From: Chara braunii
Lineage: Eukaryota > Plantae > Charophyceae
NCBI GenBank assembly: GCA_003427395.1
Contig: BFEA01000016.1
Coordinates: forward strand, 4,898,128-4,955,958
Length of the DNA: 57,831 nt
Reading direction: 5' to 3'
Part shown: positions 1-11,600 of the stretch, one piece after another
How the letters are laid out: each line of letters starts with the position of its first letter
How positions within the stretch are numbered: the first letter of the stretch is position 1
Notes under the pieces: model-generated
What the model saw: the letters and a program-made list of their open reading frames with translations, nothing else
Database searches by the model: none
Told to the model about the DNA's origin: nothing
Program-made: the position numbers and the translations under genes

Positions 1-830
1 TTCTTCTCCCGCTCTTTCCTATGTTTCGCAAGATAGCAAGGGAATGCTACCAAGAACATTTGTGAACGAACGCCTTCAACTTTGTGGCACCAGAGTCTCC
101 ATAGGACATGAAAAATAATGGGAGGGATACCCGTTGAAATTCTGCGGCCGCTCTTCGTGGAAACTCTGACGTCATTGAAACTCTGAAAATGCAAGGGGTG
201 TAGCCATTGAAACTCTGACACCATATTTTTTGCCATTAATTTAATACCCAGCTAGACTAGATGGCACATTCAACTGGAACTCACGGATGAAGCGACATTT
301 ATGATAGAAAATGAGGGCATCAGGGCATTTCACAGAATTAAGCAACTTTGCAGAAGTCGGAGGAAAAAAATCAGAAGTAAAACAAAATAGTATAATTGAA
401 CAGGCGGAGGCCAGCTGCGGGTGTGGTGATGGGTTGCGCACAAACCGGGAAAGGGGTATGAAGCGCCTGATTTGGACCCCATGATCTGACTATCACCAGC
501 TACATGTGAATCCACAAAGGAAAAAGGACAAAAGTGAGACTTCTCTTACAGTTCAGATTTGAACTCCTGACCTATTTATCGACAGCCGCATGTGCATACC
601 ATTCTGCGTTTGAACTTAATGGGGGGAGGTCTCTCCGAAAACCATCCACCATCCCAAGAGACCCAAGTCTTCCTGTGGGGAATTAGGGGTTAGCAAAGTT
701 TCCACTGATGTCATCAGGGCCGTCGCTTCTTTAGATTTCAGAACTTAAACTTATGGCCTGTCCCACCCAACCCCCACCACCCCCAGTTGTGTGTGCACGT
801 GTATTTGTGTGTGTGTGTGCGTGTGTGTGT

Positions 831-862
<32 letters not shown>

Positions 863-1281
863 CTGTGTGCGTGTGTGTGTGTGTGCATGTCTTTTTTTTA
901 ACTGTTTTTACTGTTTTTTTATTTTTTTTAAATACATTTGAAGTTGTGTGTGTGTGTGATGATGTTTGTGAACACATATTGCGGACACCTCTGCACAGCA
1001 AAAACCATGCACCATACCATCACAACACTTCAGGAGGAGAATACGCATCTGAGTGGAGTCGAGTCCAAAGGCAAGGAAGGGAGAACAACGAAACACACAG
1101 GCCACAGACAACAAGACCACATATGCTGGAGGGCATGGGGGAGGAGGGAAGGCAGAACGCACAAGCAACAGACACGACAAGCAAGAAAGAAAAAAAAAAA
1201 AATGACCAAAGGCAGGCAAATCAGGAAAAGTGAAGTCCATAAAAGTTTCAAAGACCGAAAAAAATAAAAACTGATGATGAA

Positions 1282-1337
1282 AGATTGTTTCGTCGGAGTT
1301 GCACCGACTCATTAGGAGGCTGAACCCTCGACAATCT
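1282..1337 (-). ncRNA. Type III hammerhead copy with a core mutation
   Basis: Minus strand reads AGAUUGU-C-GAGG GUUCAG CCUC-CUAAUGA-GUCGG UGCAACU CCGAC-GAA-ACAAUCU. All three stems form; core G5 is changed to A. Confidence 0.75.
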
Positions 1338-4300
1338 GCGGGAATCTCCGTATTTGATGGTTTGGGTCGAGAACCCTTTGACCCTCGTTGAAGGCAGACT
1401 GTCCCCAAGTGGAACATAGCAGCGGGCGGCGACCTTGTGGAGCACCAGGCAGCGCAGTAGAAGCAACATGGCTGCACAATGCCAAAAACAACTGCAAGGA
1501 TCAAACACAGACGGCACGGCCAGCGGATAGGCAGCAAAGCAGCGGAGCAGCGAAGCGCAAGGCAACACCGACAACACAGCCACACCACACAACGAACACA
1601 GCAACTTGCAGAGAACCACATGCCAAGCAAGCGGGATAGGCAGCAAGGCAGCGGTGGAGCGCAGACGAGGCAGTCCACACATCCAACACAGAGCAAAGCA
1701 GCGCATGACCTACTCACATCATGATTGAACCCTGCGGACTGTTGGTTCCCACCACCCACTGATCCAGGGAGTCGCTCCGACGAGCATCCGTCATCACCTA
1801 CAGGCAACACAGACATCCCGAACTGAGCGGCCCCCATAAGAGTGCAGTAGGCACTCCAAACGAGGAACCACCGACTTTTTGGCACTACTTAAGGGTGCTC
1901 AGTTTGGGTAAGCAAAAACACTTAGAAAAAGATCAGGGGGAGGACAGACAACAACAGGAAAACAGACAAACAGACGTGTGTGTGTGTGTCTTTTTTTTTT
2001 ACTGTTTTTGATTTTTTTGAATACAAGTTCAAAATTTACAATAAAAAATATATAGTTTTTGTTTTCTTTTACTTTGCCTACAAAAATTGGTCTGTGAATA
2101 AGAGGAAAACGCACCCATTTCATCTTTTGTTTTTTGTTTTTTCTTTCTTTTCATGTTTTTGCTTTTTTTTTAATATAGCAAAACTCCAAATTGTAGATCT
2201 ACAAGCCTATATTTTTTGCTTATTTTTTGCCCGAGAAAAAAAATCCCCAGGTTGCGGTGAGCCGCAATAAACGGGCGGTTCAAAGCCGTTTTACCGCGGT
2301 TTCAACAGCCGTTGAAAAATTCAATGCGTGGCGCGCGTTGAAAGAACCTCCAGCTACTCAGCTCCAGACTCTGGGACGCTACCTACCTTGAGCTGATCTC
2401 CCTGCTGGTCAGTAACAGCGACATTTGAGGAATATCTTGGACACAGGGCCGCAGGAGGGTGTCACTTGGCCGGAAATCAGCCAGCGGCTGTGGGCTATTG
2501 CATGCTGCATTCTCAACCCCCGAAAGAGAAAGACAAACCTCAAGAAGGGGAGCGGCTCGCCATAGCATGCCGCCGCGTTCTCAGCCCCCAAAAGACAAAG
2601 ACAAACCTCAAGAAGGGGAGCGGCCCGGAGACCGGACACAGGTAGTGGCCTCTGAGCAGGGGACCCGGCCTCTGGGAGCGGTACAGGCTGAGTGTAGGGC
2701 AGAAACACGGTCTGCAGGACGGGTCAGGAGCAGGGGACTGGGGGTCTGATGCACAGCCTCAACGGAGCACAGTCGGGGTACAGGCACTACAGCCCCGCAC
2801 AGATGTGCTAACGGAAGAACCATACAGGGGGGAGGCGCAGGATGAGTCATCAGACATCCCAGCAGGCCTGTCGAGCACGGGCGAGGGGCATGGTCCAGCA
2901 GATGACAACAGATGGAAAACATTACTGCGCCCCGACCCCCTGGACAGGGATCTGATTAGCAAGCGACAAAAAATGCGGCAGTTATTAGAATCCAGAAGGG
3001 GAGGGCAGTGATTATCCAAGGATGGCGTGCTGGTGCTACCGGTGAGAAAGGAGGACGGGCAATGGGAATTGGGACTGTCAGAGGCAGGCCAGGTTGCTTT
3101 GAAAGGCTTGGGGCTATTCACCCCCCGTTCTATGGACGGGACAAGATGCTGGAGGAGGAAGCACACAACTTTCTGAAGTGCAACTTCCAACCGGGGGTGC
3201 AGGCGATTAGGCTCAACGCGTATGGCACACACAGGGTGGCCCGCCGAGACCTGAGTGTTCCTTTCGTTCCTACATGAGATGCAGGCCTCTGCTGGTTTTC
3301 TCACAGCGCCTTGATCGATCTGCAGATCCTCAAGATTAAAGAAAACGAAACCATTCCGCTTTCTCGGACTGAAGATGACTTGTACGCGCCTTTCTCTACC
3401 GTTCCGGGAAACGGTTTGCTGCAGCAGGCGGGGAATCTGGACTCAGAACCATGGGTGAGGTTGTGAGGGTGTAAGAAAGATAACGCAGATGGGAGCGGTG
3501 GACACGATAACTTGACGAGCTCTATACGGCAGGGGGAGGATATAGTGCAAAGGGAAGAGGGAGGCAGACCTAGACCTTGGAACAATAAATGTCGATGGGC
3601 TGGCATACGCAAGTCCGGAAAAAAAATGATCTGGGGCCAACCGCGGGAAGTGGGGAGATGGGACTGGCCGGATGTGGTCTTTGTACAGGAAATTCATCTT
3701 CTGGACACGTCAGACCACAACCGCATGCAGCGGGTGCTTCCGGGCACATGCACTGCACCTTGGTAGTGCGGGTGTAGCCATTGGGCTGCCCCCAAGTATG
3801 AACGTGGAAGCAATTAATTGGGGCGCTGACCGAGAGGAGGGGAGATGTGTTTGTGTTCTCGCAATGCTTGAACTGGAAGTAGTGAGCATTGTCTGCATAT
3901 ACGGCCCCAGCAATGTGAGAGCCCGTGGCCACCTATACGAAGCCATCAAGGAGCAGATCTCTGTTGGGATTCCGGTCATAATGGCTGGTCATTTTATTGC
4001 AGCCCCTGATAGATGACTGGACAGGTGGTGCCTCCCATCCCTGTGCCATGTGTATATTGAGGAAGATGAACGTGTAATTCAAAACTTGTCTCGCGCCAAA
4101 TCTGTATGACACCTACCGTCGCACACACCCGACCAAAAGGACCTCCTAGTGCCACCACAATAGCGGGGAACACGGTTAGACACTCTAGAACCCGCATAGA
4201 CCTTATTCTAGCACCAGAAGAGCTAGACGGGGCACTTCAGATAGTGGTTGGGAGGTTTTCCCCTTTGGGCCTCGAGCACGCCATGTGCGTAGCCATGTTT

Positions 4301-4489
4301 GCCGTTCGGAAGAAACTGGATCAGGGGCACAGTTTGTAATGGGCCCAACTGTTGCACACACCCGACCAAAAGGACGTCCTCGTGCCGCCGTAATCGTGGA
4401 ACGGTTAGACAGTCTAGACCCTGCATAGACCTTATTCTAGCACTAGAAGAGCTAGATGGGGCACTTCAGATAGCGGAGTTTTTCCCCTT

Positions 4490-5240
4490 TAGTCCGTATC
4501 CGGGCCTCAAGCTCGCCATGTGCTTAGCCATGTTTGCCTTTCGGAAGGAATTGGAGCAGGGGCCCAGTTTAGGGGACCAGTTTTCACAAACTGAACGCTT
4601 AGCAATGGACAGTTTTTGACAGAACATTAGAGAAATCTGGGCATATTGGCAAACCCAGAAGGAAACCATTGGGCACAAAGTCCTTTGGTCAAGCAATCTC
4701 CTGGCCTACGTGGCGCGAAAGTGGGCATGAAGTCGATCTTCAACAGCAGCTTCAGGACTTGCAACAGCAACAACAACAGCAGGATCAGTAATTGCATGAA
4801 CAGTCGGCATAAAACAGAGAAGAATCGCAGAATGATCCGACACTTGAAATCGCATCATGCATTCAGAAAATCAAAGATCAGTTGCAGGAAAAAGCGATGC
4901 GATTTCAAGTGTAGGATCATCCTGGGATTGTTCTCTTTTTCCTGTTGATTGCTCATGTGGTTGCTGATCCTGCTGTTTGTTGGTGCTGTTGCATGTCTCG
5001 AAGCTGTTGTTGGAGATTGACTTCCTGCTGGTACTTTCTTGCCACCATTAGTTTAGAAAATTAGTTGCACTTTAGTGCCACGTAAGGCCATGTGATTGCT
5101 CAACCGAAGGACTTTCTGGGTTTGCCAATGTACCCACATTTCTCTAATATTCTGTAAAAACTGGCCATTGTTAAGTGTTCGCTTTGTTCTGAAAGGCAAA
5201 CAGGGCTACGCACATGGCATGCTTGAGGCCCGGATACCAT
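4490..5240. repeat. Large imperfect inverted duplication (foldback) of LINE-associated sequence
   Basis: 4729-4857 is the reverse complement of 4896-5025; 4594-4660 of 5112-5180; 4493-4545 of 5187-5240. Confidence 0.85.
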
Positions 5241-6208
5241 TGGCCTCGTGTACCTTGCTGGGTATGCCTCGCACATGCCACCTAGATATAGACCACTGGA
5301 TCCCCCGATCGGCATTCAGCAGTCTGCCGATGTTCATAGGGGAGGGGACTGGAGGGGAGGTGCAGGGATTGGTCCTATTGGCACGGTCCCTGATGCTACC
5401 GGCTGTCCCCTGACCGGTGTCGCCTACCTGCAGGTCGGGTGCAGTTCTTGCATGTTGTCTCCTGAATACGGTTCTCGCATCTATGGGGTTCCCCGTAAAG
5501 CGGAACATAGATGGAGGGGAGCATGAATCAGGGGGAAGATGCACAAACACCAGACGGAAGGAGCTGTGGACACTGATTTTTCTTGCAATGGCCAGGGAAT
5601 GGATAGGGAGGACTACCATCGAGTCACTGGCCGACCCCGCATGGGGGCAGTCCATGGCCACCTCAACACCTCAATGTGTGAGGACTTGTACCAAGATATT
5701 TTCACGTGCCGATAGAACCATCAGATCCAAAGGGAGAGGGAGGCAGAGATAGAGGCCTTCCTCTATCTTGGTCTTCCTCTCCCCCCTGCAGAAGCACTTG
5801 TCAGATGAACAACGTAGCGAGTTGGAAATGCCAATGTCAAGGATGAGGTATGGGCAGCACGATCACTAATGGAGGAGGAAAGACCCCGGGCAATTGACAG
5901 GCTGCCCAAGGAAGTTCTGGGAGTCCCTCTGGGTCACCCTCTCATAAACCTCATGGGCTTCTATTGGGCTGTCTGGGAGACGGGGCAGATTGGTGAGATG
6001 GTGGGCCAAGGGGTCTTGACTCTCCTATGCAAAAAAAGGGAGAAAATGAACATGCGTAATTATTGCTCAATCACGCTCGTCACGTTGGTCTACAAGATGT
6101 CCGTGAAAGCCCTCGCCAACCGAATGAAACAGTGTTGCCTGATGTTATTCACCCGACACCGAATTTATTAACAGGAGGAGGAATGCAGAAAAACATATTG
6201 ATTGTTAA

Positions 6209-7187
6209 ACCACCAGTCCTCCCCCCCACAAAACTTTGTGCCTACCGGTTGGACGATTTGTGCATTCTGTGTACAGGCTACCGGTTGGCCTGTGGTGGTC
6301 TCTGATGGCGTGCACGAAGTCTCCCAGGTGGCGGGGGGAATAAGGAACCCGCTCGCAGCTCCATTTTTTATTTCTTTTATTTTTCTTTCAAACTTCGTAC
6401 CTTGGCTCCAGTGAAAAGCGACGGGGGGAAAAAGACACCGGCTCGTCTCTGAAAATTTTGTATTTCTTTGGATCCAGTGAAAAGCGGCGGGGGGAAAAAA
6501 AAAACTGCCCGTCCCTCAAAATTTTGGATTTCTTTTCTAAGTGACTCCCTCCAGTACTCTTGAAATGTTCAAAATTAGAAAGAATCCTCCAGTAGAACAT
6601 GGAAAGATACATAACCATATTTTTTTGCCTTTTTTGCTTGTTGAGAGCAGTGGACTGGCGCCCTGTCCTTGGATAACGTCCATAGGATGGTGGCCAGTTC
6701 TGCGAACATGAAAGAAAGACCTCTCCAAAAAAAAGGCAGTGAATGTTCTCATGTTCTAGAAGAAAATTCATTCCCTTTTCGCACATATCGTGATAACTGC
6801 AGCGACCCCCAAACCGCCCCGCTCCACTACTCGTGACATGCATAAAAGACAAAAAAAAATGGCAATGTAACTTTTGATGTTCTGCCGGAGGATTCAGTCT
6901 TATTTTGCACGTTGTTTAAGCAGAGCGAGGCCCATAGGCTCTCGTTCTATCAATTTGTCGGTCTTTTTTTTTTTGGGGGGGGGGGGGTGTAACTTATTTC
7001 GAGGCACCAGTGAATAAGGCTGACCCTGCTCCTCATTCTCTCTAAACTCCATTTGGGATTGCACCCAACACCCCACCTTCGATAAATGGGAACCTGAGAG
7101 GTGAAAGCCTTTCGGGTGCCGACCCTTGAAAATTGGTCTTCGTTTGGCCCAGAAAGGTGAATTTCTCACAACGGGCGGACTGGTGGC
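6209..7187. mobile_element. Non-autonomous TTAA-specific DNA transposon (piggyBac/Kolobok-type) inside the LINE RT
   Basis: TTAA at 6205-6208 and 7188-7191. TIRs ACCACCAGTCCTCCC / GGGCGGACTGGTGGC. Excision restores the RT reading NILIV-NEVL. Confidence 0.8.
6541..6933. mobile_element. Three adjacent degenerate copies of the ~120 bp Tourist-like MITE
   Basis: Similarity to 34186-34307 at ~6541-6663 (reverse), ~6690-6810 and ~6816-6933. Confidence 0.6.
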
Positions 7188-9153
7188 TTAATGAAGTGCT
7201 CAAACCATTCCGTTAATCTAAAACGTTATGTGGCATTTATCTTCATAGACTTCGAAAAGGCCCATGACCACATTGACTGGGTCTTCGTAAACAAATACCT
7301 CGAAATAATAGATTTTGGGCCGACCTTTCACAGATGGGTTACCATTTTGCATCAGAGCATCGCCAGGTGCAGGTGAACGACATTCTGGCAACTTCCTTTT
7401 CGCTTCAACAATCAGCAAGTCATAGGGGCCCCATTGCTCCCTCATCTTTCTAATCGTCATGGAAGCCCTAGCGGCAAACCTTCGACCACACAAGAACCTG
7501 AGGAGATTGCCGGTGTCCTCTGTTCTTGAGGAGGTAGTCCCCACTGGCATCTGCTCGCTTTTTGCGGATGATCTCACCCCGATGGCGGATGCTTTTTACG
7601 AGAACATAGCAGCAATCAAGCTATTGATTGAGAGAAGGTGCCGCCTATTCGACATGCTGGTCAATAGGGGGAGCAAAACATTAGGCTGGTGGATTCACTA
7701 CCAAGGACGTTGTCCTCGAGAGTCCCCACAGATCTAGTGTCTCCGTCCCCAAGCATGGGCTGGGGTCTTGGGGTTCTCAATAATTATGGAATTGAAACCA
7801 GTGACCAGTGATGAATGGGTGTCAAAACCAACCCTAGAAAAACTATCAGAATGGAAAGACAAGCACACATTCGTGATAGGTAGGACATTCTCATTTTGGT
7901 ACAAGTGTGTGTTTTTGGTTTGACGTTCAACCTCACGCTCTATACCATCTTCCGGTCAGAATGATTAAAACGCGAAAAAGGCCCAGAAAAAATAGCAAGA
8001 TGGGGTGCGCCAAGGATTTTTGGGAAATTGAGTGTGGAGACAGAGACAGAATTGAAATCTCCTGTGTGGTCCCAGTTTTAACGAGAGATGGCCATCGCTG
8101 CACGGGAAAGGCAGACGGGAGCGCTTTTCAATATCTATCTAGTCCAAAACGTGTCTTTGAACTTTCATGCGGGCTACTCGATTTCTTTTTTATCGGAAAG
8201 GTGGGGGTATGCACGTGGGATCACGTTTTCGAATTAAATCTCATTGTCCCTCGCCACACAGTTAAGAATCCGACGTGGAAGGCTGTAGTTTGGCCGCTCG
8301 TTCCTTGAACTCGTCCTCGTCACATGTTCGAGACTGCAAAAAAGAATTTTGGTAGCGCTCTAGGCGGTGACAATCGCTGCAAAGAGTACTAGACCAAAGG
8401 GGTGTCACTGCCGTCCATGGGATGAAATCAACTTGTTAAAGGGAAATGATAAAGAATAAGGTGGAAAATGATTACCGGCAATCACAAACCTAACACTCAC
8501 AAACCCATAACATCTCGTTTTCGGAGGGAAATAATAACGTCCTTCGATTTGTGTGACGGCTTCTCGTACATCAGACTCGCATACGCGTGGCCGTTCTTTG
8601 CTGTACTTGAACGGGCAATGTGGGATGCCCACTCGGATATGTATGGTCAGTCCACATCGTGTAAGCTCGTTAGTTTTATCTGTCTACTCAATCCGTCATT
8701 TTGCCTAATCAATAGCACGTGTGACAACATTCATTCGAGGGAAGAAAGGAAGCAAGGATAGAGTCGAGTTAATCCTACGTGAAAAAATAATAAAACCGAA
8801 ATCACATTATGTCCGAGACATGAAAGCAACAGTTCAACCATACAAGGCGTGTTTCTCCCTTAACTTTTGCAAACGACCGAGTTCGCCCGGTGAAACTTCA
8901 ACCATTAAAAGGGGTAAGGGCAGGAGATCATGGACAGATCATTCATTGTCATGCACGCACATCATACATCATACAAAAGGGGCAAAGAAAAAAGGTCAAT
9001 GTGATCTCGTTAGCCTAAGTTCGACAATGCACGCCCATGCAAGATTCGATCGAACTAAAAGGGACAAACAGGGTGGTGACTCAGATGCGGACAGAAACAA
9101 GGACGTCGTCACATCCTCGAATCATTGATAAAAAGAGGGGAGGAGTGGGGGAG

Positions 9154-9245
<92 letters not shown>

Positions 9246-9305
9246 NNNNNNNNNNNNNNNNNNNNNNNNNACAAGCCAGATTTCCGGTCAGGTACTGCCA
9301 AAATG

Positions 9306-9343
9306 CTGTCTCTTATACACATCTAGATGTGTATAAGAGACAG
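9306..9343. other. Nextera mate-pair junction adapter (assembly artefact)
   Basis: Exact CTGTCTCTTATACACATCT-AGATGTGTATAAGAGACAG, i.e. back-to-back Tn5 mosaic ends. Confidence 0.97.
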
Positions 9344-10399
9344 AAGTTGTGACGTGGCCAAAAAAGGGGACCGCGACGTCTTGCCGTGAACTTATATTCC
9401 AAAATAAAATGAAAGAGAACAAGGAATTAAGGCACGCAAGCCTTCTGCTTTCATACTATGGCCCTAGGCAATGCAACCACTCGTCAACACACACCTTCCT
9501 TACTCAGGCGTTGGCGATCTCGGCTGCTACATACCAACCTCCATTCCACAATGATCGTTACCCGACAACTTGGTTTCTATACCGACTCGCCCAAATCCTG
9601 CAGATGGGGGGGGTGGCGCGGGAGAGAGATTGAAAAGTGGTGCGGAGGGAATGGAGGGAGAAAGAGCGCGGAGGGGATGGGAAACAGTTACAGCTTAGAG
9701 GAAGTAGGTGCAAGAGAAAAGGGATGAGATGGTCTGGGATACAATGAGAGGCGGGGGAAGCTTGCATGCATGGCGCCGCCGCGGAAACAAAAGACACCGA
9801 AACAGTTACACTGTGTCCAATCCGGCTCTGAAACTAATTCAAGATTGAAAAATTCAAAAGCAATATCTAGGCGCGAAATTGAATGCACGAATTCCCACAC
9901 CAAATCCGATTCCTTTAAAAAAATCACCGAGTTTTTAAAGACGGATTTGGGGATACTCATGGGCAAGAAAGGACACGTCAGCGAGAAGTGCGTCCACACA
10001 TTCCGCAACTCCCAACTGTTGAACAAAATTTCGAGAGCGCTTGCTAAGGCGCGGGTAATTCCTAAAGCCCATTCATACCCATATGGAAAAAGGAGCAAAA
10101 ACATGGGGCTTCAAAAATTCGTTCAAGTACGGGGGTTGGTACGCCATATATGTGATGTTCAGGGGGTTTCAAAATTATGCGATCTCCTTGTCGCACGTAT
10201 GTGTGACTGCGGAGAATACTTTTATGCAAGAAGGAAAAGAGAAGAGAGAGGGAGCATGAGGGACCCAGCATATCAACAAGCATAGGAAAACGCATGCCAC
10301 TAGGTTGAAGTGACGTTGACTAATGCATAAAAAACAATCAAGTCGGGGCTTTCGCCTTGATATTCTGCTCGATATGTTGACGCCAACTTTAATTGCAAT

Positions 10400-11600
10400 A
10401 TCTTTGCTAGGGGCTTGCCAACATCTTTTGGCGACAATCTGTCGCACCTGCCGAGAGGGATCGAGATCTTGCATGTTTGGTCGTCTTCCATGTGATACCA
10501 TCAACCTCTTGATCGGGCTCGGCGGTGTCCGTGATCGCTATCGCTTGCTCGTTGATGCTCTGCCCGATCGTAATCAACAAGGAGAGGGGGAGGCGACGGT
10601 TGAGGCCAATGTGATGGGAACAAGGGAAAGTGATCGCTTTCTTCATCACTAAGATTGAGGAAGTGGACGATCCAATGAGCGTGGGGGAATCGATGATTGG
10701 GTTGGGGAAGAGCAACAAGGTATTTGGCATAGAGGGTGGGGATAGTGCGAAGGTTAGGACTCATAAACGGCGGGGAAGATCCCTAAGATGATGCAATACA
10801 ACTCCATGTGGTTGTATTGCCGCCACGCAATGCTGAAGAGGAGAATATTAAGGAGGAACGCGGGTGTGGAATAAGGATGGACTTCACACAGTAAGCAGAC
10901 TAAGCGGTGGTGACACAATGGAAGATGGGACATGGACGAAGCACTCAACCAGGGAGGAGAACGGGGCCGAATTGCAGAGGCTCCAGCAAAGGAGGGAGAT
11001 GGTGAACGAGATTGGTGGTGGTGGGAGGATTTTGCGTCATCGTGGAGACTGGCGGCTTTTCAGGGAGCTCAGGATTCCTTGCAGAATCCGCTGGTCTTGC
11101 TAGCCGTGAACTTGTCGGGGGTGCTTCGTAGTGTTGGAGTTGGAACGGCTCCTCGAGCTGTTCCGATGCTGGCTCATTTTCCTCCTCTACTTCAACGGAC
11201 GTGGACTCAGCTTTTGCTTCTTCTTCTTCGTTGTTTTCTTCCTTGTCGGGGAGCACTACCGGTACCTCTTCATTATCCCGATGAGTCTTGGAAGTTCCAC
11301 GTGCCTGTATCGTGAGCGTTTTCGAATTGCTCCATCTCTTTCGTATAACCTATCCAGGTAACTGTAGGTGTCAACGTTCGTTCCAGGGTTACCGACTCTG
11401 TCTGGTTTGGATCGTTTGGGTTGAAGGAGATGATGGCAAGAGGCAGGTCATCGACGATCTGCGCCAGGAACACAAAGATCTTCTTAGCGGCAATCGCTTT
11501 TTCGCCTTGCTCCACCTTGCCGAAAAGAAGCCCAACAAGCAGCCCATTGCTTCCCACATGCGGTTAACCAGGGGTGTTATTTTCGATGAATTTTGCACCT
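10400..11600 (-). pseudogene. Degenerate coding remnant, probably an accessory ORF of an LTR retrotransposon
   Basis: GLLVGLLFGKV...VFLAQIVDDLPLAIIS followed by an acidic, then Pro-rich, tract. The resemblance to repeat-derived Chara proteins is recalled, not verified. No gag/pol motifs seen. Confidence 0.35.

Larger units (their letters stand above)
2400..7925 (+). mobile_element. Degenerate L1-clade LINE (ORF1 C-terminus, APE endonuclease, reverse transcriptase), interrupted; boundaries approximate
   Basis: EN motifs PDVVFVQEIHL, IVCIYGPS, VIMAGHF and SRTRIDLIL (3660-4210). RT motifs RNYCSITL...YKMSVKALANRMK (6055-6135), FIDFEKAHD (~7237-7270) and FADD (7561-7572). Many stops and frameshifts. 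Confidence 0.88.

Noticed and set aside
695-725. Minus-strand CTGATGA...GAAA hammerhead-like core
   Set aside because: Stem II is only 2 bp and stems I and III cannot be formed.
787-1885. Long ORFs (148 aa and 325 aa) over the TG repeat and hammerhead element
   Set aside because: Low-complexity Cys/Val/Leu-rich translations with no domain motifs; better explained as a non-coding repeat.
9306-9343. Genuine Tn5/IS50 ends indicating bacterial transfer
   Set aside because: The hyperactive mosaic end in back-to-back form is synthetic library adapter.
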